64,000 bases of DNA, taken from Lingula anatina. Taxonomy: Eukaryota > Animalia > Brachiopoda. Below are positions 40,653 to 52,900 of this stretch, one piece after another. The position numbers and the translations under genes are program-made. Every line of letters begins with the position of its first letter. Positions within the stretch are counted from its first letter, which is position 1. A model generated the notes under the pieces. The model was not told the origin of the DNA. It saw only the letters and a list, made by a program, of their open reading frames with translations, and ran no database searches. The stretch lies in the NCBI GenBank assembly GCA_051362555.1, contig CM120645.1:17112001-17176000 (forward strand). The letters are read 5' to 3'.

Positions 40653-43355
40653 ACTTACATGTACCACTGAAACGATTTGGTACTTTAATAAGGACTACCT
40701 TTAATACATATATTCATGTACCGGTATACATGCAAATGTTTGCCAGAGCATATTTTTCACACCATGACAGAAGTGCACTGACTACATACAGTTTCTACAT
40801 GTACAAGACAAGATGACAGAAAAATATATTGTTCAATAAACCCAAATACGAGACACGACGCTTACAAACTGTAAGAAAGAAACCCATGATTTGGGGAAAA
40901 AACAAAGATGAAGATATAAAAAGCCCCAACTGCAAAAAGAACAAGGAGAATAATCAAAGGGGGTATTGAAGGTGAAATGCATTACCTCCTGCATTGTCCC
41001 CAGTACAATGGGTACAGGCAAAAATTTAAGGAACCTTAACTTTTATAACGAGGTCATAAGATGAAGCCGCCCTCAAGTAATTAACAAAATTGATGACAGA
41101 CGGAAATCAATGACTTATCGTCTTCTAGCCACCCTAGAATCACTAAAATGTGATATGATAATATCAGTTTCTTTTTAAGGTAAATAACGCTATTCTTTTC
41201 ACGTCTTCATCCACATTCCAGTCTACTATGTCCATAGTCAGCCTGTATAAGGGAACCTTTGTCCTTTTTATTACATTTTAAATATTCTATAAAAACACCT
41301 GTTCTTATTTTGTACTATGAAAAATCATTGTATTTAAATAGTTCATAGCCTCTAAATTTTGTGCTTGTCATGGTGTTACTATTATTATAAGAGTTTGCTA
41401 TGAAAACAAGTTGATTGACTTAAGGCGAACAGTGTGTGTTGGCCTCTTTATTCACCCCTTGCCCAATAACGAATTCGATTTTAGAATCGTCACTGGACAA
41501 GGAGAGAAAAAGACACTGACGCCCACTCGAATTTTTGTTATTGTATTATAGGAAGTAGTGATAAGCCGGAGACTTGGCGTGGGCGACGAATACCTCTTTA
41601 ATGCCTCTTTAAAAATTTTTCGCGTGGGTTTTGAACAATAGACTTCCTTCATCCTAGTTGCTGATAACGTGAGAGTGCCAACACAAAGTGGGTGGGTTTT
41701 AGAGTCAGTTTTTTAAAATTAAGATTATTTTAAACACAACAGTGGTTTCGAAGACAACAATACTTTATTAACCTGCTCGCGTTCGTACACGTCTCGTTTT
41801 TTTTTTTTTGTTTTTTTTTTTTGCAGCCGTCCTTAACACAAAGAGCCTTGATAATGGAGAGTATTGTTCATTCAGATAGTAGTGCCATATTATGTATATA
41901 CCCAACCAACAGTTCATCACTATAATTATAATAATATGTAAATGATTAGTTTTTACTTTTTTCGTTTTGAGAAAACAATTGGAAATCACTCTTTTATAGT
42001 ACAATTACCTGAATTATAAAAGTGAAATAACCTTATGCATTTTGAGTAAATTACTATAATCTTGTGAATTTTTAGTTTGCATTATTCAAACTAAAAAAGA
42101 AGGAAATCTTGTCAGAGCCAAAATACTTGAAGTTTTAGTTGTGCTTATATATTTCACAGTCATATTTGACAATTTTGACAATTAGAACGCGGGCTGGACA
42201 CCATCTATTTAAAGGAAACACAACTGCAATTATAACTTAAACTACAAAGACTTATAATTGTATCGAGTTTTAATTCCAATAAAATCACCTCCTTTTTTAT
42301 TTTAAATACTCATACTTATCACTGAATGTCAAAATTCTCGTTACATCCTACAGTATATTTGTAAGACATCCTAAAAATATCATATGTTAGATTGTTATTG
42401 TACCTTTGGAATTTGAACGAGACTGTACATGAAAGTGGCTTCTAGAAAAAATCGATCATGATTCAACTTTCAAATAAATTTCTTTCGGTACACTGTAGTA
42501 TAGAAGCGTGGGCCATCGACGTCAGTTATTTCTTCATGTTTACATGTTAAAAAATGACATGTGCTCTTCATCTTTGATGGCAATCAGAATGAAAAAAATG
42601 TCTTTGAGTCCCCTTGTTCTCACGTTAAACTCCCCCAGCTGCTCATGAGTGACTTGCCTCATAGATTAACATTGCATTAGTTTAACGGCTAGTAATGACA
42701 CACTACTGGGTACCACTAGCACACTCGGGGACAGGACACTATGCTCAAATACTGAGAAAGATATAGTGGGATATTTATGTTTTTTCTCCATTTCGCAAGA
42801 TGATTTATGTTGACGTTTCACCAGTGATAAGCACATAGCCACTTCAATACCCACTTAGTTCAAGTTTATCATTTGTACATGTATGTATAGACTAACATTA
42901 CACATTTATTTCCATGCTTTAGCCGAGGAAACGCGCAAAATAACATGGCTAAACGCAAAAGCTTATGCACGGAAAATAATAAAATAAAATAAATAAAGAA
43001 ATACATGACAATCAATTAATGGTGAAGAATAAGTAATAATGAATATTTCCACAGCCTTAAAACATTTGGTGAATTCACTTCGTAGACTCATCTAACCTTA
43101 TTTTCAGACAAAATAGACTAATGATTGGATTCAGGTAGATTGCGCACAATGTTCAATACTTGTTCGTTTATTCACTCAGCTTTTCATACCCATTGTGTGT
43201 GTCCTCTTAAATGAGGTCATATAGATTGCGATCGAGAGGCTACCGACAAAAAATTGGGGGTCTGGCCATGTTTGTTTTATTTTTTTTAAAAGTGAAACTG
43301 ACTGATATGTTGTCTTCCATAAAACACAGTTTTCATGGGTTTTGAATCCATCTAA

Positions 43356-43586
43356 GACTGCATTCCCACAGATTTTAGCTCGATCTATTCCTGTGGAGAG
43401 TCTCACTAGATTACCGTCAGCTTAGCTAGATTACTGTCAGCTTAGCTTAGGTGTCTGTCCCACCTACTAAAAGCTGTAAGGGGGTAATTAACTTTTATGC
43501 GCGCTCGGCTGACAGCAATTTAGCGCGAACCCACAGGGAGTTAGGTCGATCCGGATGGATCGATCTAAACCTCTGGGAATGCACTG
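43356..43586. mobile_element. MITE family A copy, present only in duplicate unit 1
   Basis: TIRs gcattcccacagattttag and ctaaacctctgggaatgc; TAA/TTA flanks; empty paralogous site at ~56485. Confidence 0.85.
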
Positions 43587-43748
43587 TTAGTGAACGAAAT
43601 ATGCGTTACGTTAAAGACTTTGTTGTACTGGTATTATAGAATGTGGGAGACTGCTTCATTACTTTGTTCTCAGTTGGGGCAGGGAATCATATCGATATAA
43701 ATTGTGTCCGCTGATTGTTACAAAACCTTTGATATAGCTGGTCGTAGC

Positions 43749-44000
43749 CAGTGGCGGATTTAGGGATGTGTCAGGGGGGTCCTGATCCCCCCCTTCGACT
43801 TCTGAAAACCAATGGTTCCCTCTTGAAATTAGGATTTTGACTAGCGGAACCATAGTTCTAAACCGTACCAAATGGCACCGTTAAAATACCAAAAATTTTC
43901 ATTGCCTTTCAGCGAGCCCCGAACCCCAGGCCAAGGGGGGGAGGAGGGTCGGTTTTGCATGCACGGACCCCTCCTTCAAATAATCCTGGATCCGCTCCTG
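43749..44000. mobile_element. MITE with CAGTGGCGGAT-type termini
   Basis: cagtggcggatttagg ... cctggatccgctcctg; gtagc on both flanks. Confidence 0.6.
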
Positions 44001-45746
44001 GTAGCGATGACAAATAAACAATTCCAAGTTACAGAATTGGAACAAATGCCCAAGAAATAAATACCCCGAGTTGCAAATATAAGCAGAACGAAAGGCAATG
44101 TTGCACTGGTAATAACCAGCCTTTTGGTTATTCAGGTCCCTCTTTTGTTATTCACCAGCAAGTCAGATGAGACAGGCAGATATAGTTTTCTGCTACATAG
44201 TTTATTTAACTGCAAGACTCAGGTCTCTACAACTTTAATTGTGCCTGTCCATCTCGATTACTTATATAAAATTATATTAAATTAAGACTTCCATCAATTA
44301 CAGATTGCATTTTAAATGAACTTTTTTTCTAGCTGACATGCAAATTGCAACCTACATGTATACATTAAAGCTAAAATTCACTTGTTTGAACAAATATGCA
44401 AATCAGATACATGCAAATCACATTCAACTGTAACTACTATAAAGGGTTTGCTACAACGTGTACATTTATGCCCCAGTAAGTGGCCCTAGCAGTTACAAGG
44501 CGAATTTTGTCCAGCAGATTTGAAGGATTATGATGTGAGTTGCGTGGATGTTGTGTGGTTTTGCGTTCTTCTTTGGGTGGCCAAGGAACTGTCTGTAAAA
44601 CCTTCCAGCGGCATGGCACAATGCAATACATGCCACCAGGTATCAGCTCTGGTCGTGCCCGTAAGATAAGCGCCATCGAGGATCGTGTACTCAACTAATG
44701 TTTTGTTAAAAGCATCTCTCCTGACGGACAGATGTCATTCATCAAAATCCTGGTTTCCTAGTGCCAAGGAGAAATCCTTAGATTTGCCTTTTGACCCAAC
44801 ATGTCGTTTGGAGGCATGTCTTGTATCTTCATCATCACGTTGATGGTAGATTGTGTTCGCTGTTAAGCTCGTGAGGTAGCCTATATTTGCTGAAGGCTGT
44901 GTGGAGGAAAAGGTTGTTTACGGTGGTGTGCGACTCCGTGCTCGGATTGACTTTCACTTTGGGGTTGAACCAATCTGGTGATCATGAAGGAAAGGGTAAA
45001 TGCTGACGTTTGTAGGGAGGTCCTGTCAACAGAAATTGTGTCATATATGTTAGTGCCTGCCGTAACTTCATTGACACATTCACCTCATACATGTAATGCG
45101 CATACACACCAGGCAACAATTCCTCAGAGAATAGGAAGTTATTTAAATCACAGATGTGCACGTGCTGCTTCATTTTACGTACTAGATTTTCGACTCATAC
45201 ACTTTGCAATGCATGCATTTAATTGTACTTGTAACTGCAATTAATTATCTCCATTCCCGGTTTTGTCGAATGTCATTTTTAGCGTTTGTGTCCTCTCCTA
45301 CTTTAACCATATTTAGCAATCAATTGTTATATTCTTGGAGAGACCAATAAAGCGTTGGCAACCATTGCTCTACTTTGTTTGTGAAGTAAACGGTAACTAC
45401 AAAGATCGATGTATTTCAAATTACTGAAAAGGAAGAGGGTATATCACAAAAATAATTCGGAAAGAATTTGACCAGTAAAAGTTTTTAGAAGTTTTGCCAA
45501 ATGGTAGAAGAAGAAGTTTTTTACTCAAGTTTGGAACCACGTGGCATTTTACGAAACTAAAAACGTTATTATACGGCGAGATAACAGTGGCCCAACAAAA
45601 CACATTAATCAAGTCAGTAAAGGAAACTAGATACAAGTATAGGTAGACTTTACCTACGCGAAACAGTCAACACACTGTGATCATCTTCGATATCTGCCGT
45701 CGTGACGAAATTAATTTTGATAGTCCTAACTCAACTGCAGAGGGGT

Positions 45747-45760
45747 GTCACCGAGGCAAC
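45747..45760. promoter_or_regulatory. RFX X-box-like motif GTCACCGAGGCAAC upstream of TM-PARP copy 1
   Basis: Fits the GTNRCC-N(0-3)-RGYAAC consensus; about 105 nt upstream of ATG 45865; positionally conserved in copy 2. Confidence 0.45.
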
Positions 45761-46857
45761 ACGACGCTAGTAAACCCTGTAAAGCGGAGGATCGTCTACC
45801 TCTCCGTTATTTAGGGCATGTGACAAAACCGAGCTTCTGCGTCCTGATATACCGACACTGCATCATGGCGAATTCAACAACAAACGAGACAAACGGGACC
45901 CTAGTAGGCAACATTACGACGTTGTCAACATGGTCGAGTAGTGAAACTACCACTGGCAGTTATTTCACAGCAACCGATCTCGGGGACGTCCATTCACCAA
46001 AGAATTATTCCAAATACTCTTTGGAAACTTACACAACTATCTACTGGTCAGGTAGGTTAACTTTAATTGTAAAACCGTTTAAATGAATTTTTGATATTAA
46101 TTAACTGTTTATATTCGTAAGAACCCAGTGATATTGTCTAATTGTTTTTATTTCCGGAGACGATAATTTTTGCCAGCTGTAAAGTGCACATTATTTTTTG
46201 ATCGGGTCATTAGTTACAGGTACGCTATCATACAGTGAGCATTTATATTTCCTGAACACAAAGCAGCATTTGGGGTTTCGTAGCAACGCCGTGATCAATG
46301 ATCTGCCTTTTTTGGTCAGAAAATGTTCTTGTTCCACAGGTTATGAGATATGCAACATATTCATCGAGTAATTGACTTGTTATATAAGATTTGATAATAA
46401 TATTTGTGGTATCTGTCGTATACAGCCTGTCTTTGTAGACAAGAAGGTTGAACTTATTAAAACTTCGTCATTTCAAAATGGCCGTTTTCTACAGACACAG
46501 TTAAACCACTGAATGTCTTTTAACTAAGTATCCGTAAAAAAACTTTATAGAGCAAAATCTTTGTCTATTACATCAGAAGTTTTATAGTTCAAAACTGTCT
46601 TCTAAAACGTACAAAATATGCAATACCGCACTACATGTACACCTTGCGTACTTTCACTTTTGACCAGCTTTTTCGATGTAAATGCTAACATATTGATTTG
46701 TGAGATTGATCATTGATAAGTGCTGTGTCAATAATATTTTTCATTGCCATTGGTTACCTTGCTATCGGTTAACCGTGCTGGCAGTGGATAAAAGGTTGTT
46801 AATTAGTTAACAGGTTCAAATAACATTTTGATTACCCCTTTTTAATTTCTAATTAAT

Positions 46858-47965
46858 AATAAGTTTATTTGAGCACTAAATGATGTGAATACATTTGCAG
46901 GCTCTCTAGACTACAATATTTACACAATATATATATATACAATTATATATGTTTACATATGTAGTATGTTAAATTATACATGTGTTAATGCAAATTATGC
47001 TATAATATTAATTAATTAAGCTATTCACAGCATTGTTGACAATAAGTGGCTGTGATATACTAGATCTCAGGTGAACTATGTATTTTAACAGCAGTCTTTA
47101 CAAATTCTGCTATTACTTTGAGACTTTTATGACAGGGTGGATTAAGGAGAATTGACAATATCTGATCACTGTCATCTAGACCCACTACACTGATTTTCAG
47201 TAGTTCATCATGCATTCGTTGCCTCTCAACAGTGTATCTTGTGCATTCTGTGAGGAAATGTTTTTCATCCTCTACACAGTTGCAAGCTTTACATTTTCTC
47301 TCATCAAGTGGAGTTTTAGGGTTTGTGTATCGGCCCCTTTCTATTGCTAGTTCGTGGTCACTTAGTCTAATTTTTGCTAGTGTTTTGATATCTAAGGGGG
47401 AGACACTCATTTTGATGTAATTTTCACATTCATAAGATTTTTTAATTGTTTTGTATGTCCTTAATTTGTTTGAGGTCGAACTATTTAATTCCTGCCAAAA
47501 GAGTTTTTCGATTTTTATGTTCAATTTTTCTACTAGGTTTTCTATTTGATGTAATTTCTTTGGTGGGTTGTTATCTTTGGAGAAACCCCAACAATTGTGA
47601 AAAGATTGGATGGATTCTGTCCATGTGTTTCCCTTTGTATCTTGCTCAAGATTGTACATTTGCTTTACAATTCTATTATTTGGCAGTTGTTCCAGTCTAA
47701 GACTATATCTTTGGACAAGTTTGGCTATAGTTGGAAAAATAGGGTACCTGCCGAGCTCGGCTCTAGACATGGTATTGCTAGCATGCTTTCTTAGACCTAG
47801 AATCCATTTGCAAAACTTTAAGTGTACCTGTTCGAACGGCATTTTATTAATCTTCTTCAGAGACATGTTATTCTGTTTAAGTATCTCCTGTGACCAGACC
47901 TCACAACCATAAAGCAAAATTGGTTTGATAAGTTTGTCAAATTAGATTATTAAGATTATTAGATT
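46858..47965 (-). mobile_element. 5'-truncated non-LTR retrotransposon (LINE ORF2 C-terminus, RTE-X/CR1-L2-like)
   Basis: ORF 47060-47917 has LYGCEVW, HLKFCKWILGL, ELGRYPI, LRTYK, RLSDHELAIERGRY and CxxC...EDEKHFLTEC. The 3' end on the minus strand has AATAAA followed by a short TTA tail. Absent at the paralogous site ~58870. Confidence 0.88.
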
Positions 47966-48385
47966 ATTAATTAGAATATAATAAAACAAAAGAGTGTTCC
48001 GGGAAAATCACGACGATCTCCTATGTTCTCTTGCGAGATTTTCGATATGTTCCACATTTTGAGCAGTATAAAAGCTGTGCATCGTCTGCAGTCGTCGCCA
48101 GAAGGGAGAACTTAACGTGCGGCACTGAAATAAATTTCTAATTCCTATCTTCCTTTTATCCTGTCGGTAGCCTCTCACTACCTTTGCTGTAAAACATAGG
48201 GAATACTGATGAGACTTCCTAGTTTTCTTATGATTTTGTAGGTGAAACATCCAGGCTATGATAAAGGGCAGTTTAAATCTGGTACTGTTGAAAATGAAAG
48301 CTTCCTGTGTAATGAGACATTTATACGGCCAAATAAATGATTTTTTAGCATGAATTACGTCCTAAAAAGAATTATATTAATTTTA

Positions 48386-48596
48386 GTATTCCCAGAGCTT
48401 TTAGATCGATCTATCCCCGCGGGGAGTCTCACTAGATTACTGTCAGATAATCTGGCTTAAATGTCCGTCCCGCCTACTACAAGCTGTAAGGGGGTAATTA
48501 TCTTTCGTGTCCGTTCGGCTGACAGCTATTTAGCATGAACCCCCAGGGAGTTAGGTCGATCTAAAGTAGATCGATCTAATCTCTGGAAATGGGGTC
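48386..48596. mobile_element. MITE family A copy, present only in duplicate unit 1
   Basis: attcccagagcttttagatcgatcta ... gatctaatctctggaaatggggtc; empty paralogous site at ~59290. Confidence 0.85.
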
Positions 48597-49144
48597 TAAG
48601 CTTGTCAAAGAATTCTCCATTTGCATTTAAAGCTTTTTTCGTTTTGGAACGTGGCCGAGGTTTCTTGTCATCTCACCCTAGAAAATACAGACTTGACATT
48701 TAATATGGAATATTTCAGTTTCGAAGGTACATGTATGCCTAGGTAAAAATGCGTTATTTTTTTCAAAAACTCCAATCTCATATAAGATTTGTGAATGGAG
48801 AAGTGTGAAGTCAGGTGTTTCGCTACCAATTAACTGACTTCCATGTCTGTTGCGCTGATACGTTATGTAATATGCAGTGATTTAATTGGGCAGTGTTCCT
48901 TTGGGCTGCTCAAAGCTTGGCTTAGTCAAATCTTGGTTCTGTCAAAAAAGTATCCATATGTCGGCAACTACTGCATAGAAGAATTTGAAATTGTGCATGC
49001 AAGCGGTCAGTTTTGCAATGCGTAAAATGAGCTAAGTCGTGCTTTACAAATTTGTTGATCTGTGGCAGAATGGCGCGAAAAAGACGGACATTACCAGACA
49101 GATTATAGCGCCAAATGGAACGGTCCCCGCAGTTTTATAGAGTA

Positions 49145-49940
49145 ATGCCCAGACTTAAGTACCCACAAATAAGCCACGCCCAATGTATCGACATCTCACC
49201 AAAGGGTACAGGACTCACTGTCCTTCAGGATATGTTGCTGCAACTAAACAAAAACCACCCAGTCCGTTCAGAATGAGGGGTAAATTGCCACCAAAATGCA
49301 TTTTTCAAGGCCTTTAGCGAACACCAAACTGGTTTTAGCAGCTTAGAATACCAGACGACCTCCGAGGTACCAACTGTAAACAGCAAAACATCGTCGTCTG
49401 TTTCTCTAATGAATTGGGGGCCATGACCGTTTCTGGGTAGAACACTGAAACCGCGTGGCTTTATTTATTGAGATCAGATTTCACCTGTACGGCCCAACTA
49501 GTCAATACAGAGTTTACAGACATCCAGAAGAGGCGAACGACGAAGCATGTGCCGCGTCTAAAGTACATCGGGTCATTGACAGCGTCAGTATTTGCCAAAA
49601 CACCAATGGTAGTCGTCTACGAAAATCCGAACCAGATCAAATAAAGGAATAATCTGGGAACCACTTGACTATCATTTGATAGGGGACACCTTAGGAACAA
49701 TTTAAGGTTGCACGGTGAGTTTGCCGGTTCACATAGAGCACTTTTAATAGCAGATAACTTACAGAACCATGAGAATGAGCAGCTGCCCTGGTCATTAAAA
49801 TTGCTACATTTGAACCACATAGACAATATGTGGGTAGGCCATTACTCGCCTAATCAACGGCCTACATGTCCTACAGCAAAACTGGACCAAATTGGACATT
49901 TTTTGACCGATTTCTGGAATGTTATTCCAGATTGAACTCT
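49145..49940 (+). mobile_element. Decayed Tc1/mariner transposase remnant inside a ~1.9-kb insertion (~48700-50635) unique to unit 1
   Basis: Fragments MPRL, ALFIEIRFHL...RVYRH, HRALLIADNLQ and LPWSLKLLHLNHIDNMW resemble Tc1 motifs (FSDESRF, RVxR, HxA, LPWPxxSPDLNPIExxW); interrupted by stops and frameshifts. Confidence 0.65.
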
Positions 49941-52900
49941 AAAAAATTATCCCAAGGAATGCCTTGCCGCTTCAGAGCGCTGGTAACAGCCAGAAGAGGC
50001 CAAGCGTAACAGCGACCGTTGCTATGACTAGACATGAGGGTCCTTAGTAGAGCGTGAAACTCTTTTACAGACGATAATTTGGAAAATATGGAGATCCAAA
50101 ATATCTCTTTTAATGGATGTCGTATGACATAGAATAGGCAATGTATTTCTGTTTGCTTCACTGTCGAATTCAATCTATGAACTGATGCAACCATGACATC
50201 AAAGAGATAATATAAAGTTATTAAAACAAGATTTTAATCTTTATTTTCATTTATCAGTCAGCAAAATGGGAAAAAACTGATGAAAAATGATTTGGAAAAA
50301 ATATTCCATATTAATGTTAAGTCTGTATATTAAAGGGACAATAACTGTTCATTTTGGCCAAAAAATGAATTTTCCTGGAGTAAACAGCAATTTTCCCATA
50401 CTTTCCAATGGTTAATGAATCCATTTCTACATTCAAAGTTAGTCCCTGTTTTTTTTCTAAAAAGTTTGTTTTTTTGTAATAATCTCTTAAGAGATTATTA
50501 CAGCGTATAGCCATCTATGGAGGTCACGATGAGGCCGGTTGACAAGGTCAGATATCAGAATAATAACTTTGACTGCCGTTTTTGTGGTAAAACAGAATAA
50601 ATTATATTTCTATGAGTTGTTTACAATGTTTTTATTCCTAACATCACTTGTACTTTTAGCTTAATTAAGACAAACTTTAGCCCATTTTACATCATTAGAA
50701 ATCTTTGTTTGAAAATAAATTTGTGTTCTAAATTTCTATTGAATATGAAAAATAGATTCATCATGCCCTTGAATAATTTTTGCCTTTGCAGTATCGGCAT
50801 CTTCTCTAATGTTTGTTCTACTCGCATGTCTGCCTACAAACGTACAGGAAAAGAAAAAAGTAAGTAGCCATAACTAGTTTCTGTTTTTAAAGTAGAAGTA
50901 GAAAAAGAAGTTGGATATTGGATACTGTTTCCTTATGATAAGCCATTCATAAAATGTGCTTTAAATACAAAACATTGCGTACTTCATTTATATTTGTCAC
51001 TATCGCAAATACTAGTCATTAAATGCTCTCATTTTTATTGTGAATTTCTTGAATCGGATACAATTGATAATTCTTCTGTTTCACAGTAAAATACATCCTG
51101 GTTTGACGAGGGAGAACTCCATGGCCAGCAGAACATCAGTGGAAACAGATGAAGATGGATACTTGTACGTGTGGTCTGTTAATCATTAACCCATTGGGTA
51201 TTACTCATGTACAAAACATTGTGCTCTATATTTACATTTGTCACTATCGCAGATACTAGTTAAATACTCTCATTTTTATTGTGATTTTTTTCAATCGGAT
51301 AAAATTGATATTTCTTCTGTTACACAGTGATATACAACCTGGCTTGACGAGGGAGAACTCCATGGCTAGCGAAACATCAGTGGACATAGAAGAAGATGCA
51401 GACTTGTGCGTGTGGTCTGTAAAGATACTCGTGGGTATAGAGCGTCCTCTTTTGGTGGATATGTTCAAATGGGCAGGCGTCTGTAATTTATGTTTGGGGC
51501 TATTGCTGGCGATTCCTGCAAGATATGCATTAATTCCGCTCCTTCTGTATGACGTATCACAAGCGATACACCTATGTGTGTTGTACATGAAAAAGATGGA
51601 CAACGAGGACAAAGATGCTGCATTTCAAGATGTAAAACGCGTTCATCTTTCGTATACACTTCTTGCTGGATTTCCCGCTGGATCAGCGGCAAAGATTCTT
51701 GGTGCACTCTGGCTGGACGGAATATGGGACAGTTGGGGCTATTCAGATTTTGGTTTTACTATTCTCTTCACACCTCATACAACCCTTATTCTGATTGCTG
51801 CACCAATTGTGTTTTTCACATTTTGCTGCGCATGTTGCAAGTGCAGTGAATCAGAACCGTGTAAAGACAGAAAGTTTTTGCTGATTTGCTGTTTGCTATA
51901 TGTCATCTTTAGCTTATTGTGGCTTGTTGGAGCGGGTTTGATGATATCAAGTTCCCCATACGACAACGGTATTGTCCACCAGATAAGTGCTGCCATCTAT
52001 ACAATCATACTGCAGGCTATAAACATGGACCTTCCATTGGCCGTTGGCTTTGCTTTTGTTTTTGGTGCCTTTTTCCTTTATGCGATCATACTGTTCCTGT
52101 ATGTCGCCAACAATGGTAAGTTGTCAAAGTATACGGATAAGGTTAAAATAAGGTATTTATTGTTTCTACAACAGCCCTGTAGTCAAGCGTTTTTTTCTTT
52201 CATTTTTTTTGTACTGGCGATTAAAGCATGTTTACATTTCTTCGAGCTGATGTGCTGAAAAGTGAAATGAATTTTATATGAAATTTGGTAGGATTTGATT
52301 AAAATGCATTATCATTTATCCATGGATTCTTTATTCCAGGTAGACTATTCAAAGTTGTTCCCGAATTCTCAGATGCCTGGTGTTTTGGTTGGTCGGCAGT
52401 GATACTGGTTTACTTCCTTGACAACCCTGGTTACATCAGTTCGTTGTATATTAAGGTGTATGCCATGTTACCGTTGCTGTTCTCCTGCCTTATAGGTCTA
52501 ATATATGATGTCTACAGAATATTTCGTATGGCCAGAAAACGACAAAAGATGTTGGCGGAATACGCAGGTAAAAAAACGACAATTTTATCATCTTAAGCTA
52601 CTATATTCTCTGTAGACACTCCCTGTTTACATAAACATAAGTAGCGTATTGGCAAAGCGTTTTACCTCTTTTACATAATTAATTGCTATTTTTCACTGCG
52701 TTTGAATTGAGTAATTTTTTTAATTAAAAATTTGTAGAAAATTAACAATTTTTGAAAAGAAAGATTCAAATCAGTTATTCACAAGAACAAAGATATTTGC
52801 AAAAAAAAAAAAAAAAAATGAATTTTCCTTTTCTCATCATGGGGAGGAAGAAAATTTATGGACAGTTGACGTCACCGACCAGATTTGGGACGAGATCAGT

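Noticed and set aside
44437-44960. GC-richer minus-strand stretch partly shared with 56560-56760, possibly a decayed coding sequence
   Set aside because: Stops interrupt the frames and I could not recognise any motif; similarity between copies is explained by the duplication.
47060-47917. 285-aa ORF as a host gene or a functional partner of the PARP locus
   Set aside because: It is the C-terminal part of a LINE ORF2 lacking the RT core, and it is absent from the paralogous intron.
51281-52258. Stand-alone 325-aa membrane protein (and the 301-aa ORF at 59755-60660)
   Set aside because: The ORF ends run into intron sequence; conserved splice sites show these are exon 3 of the TM-PARP genes.
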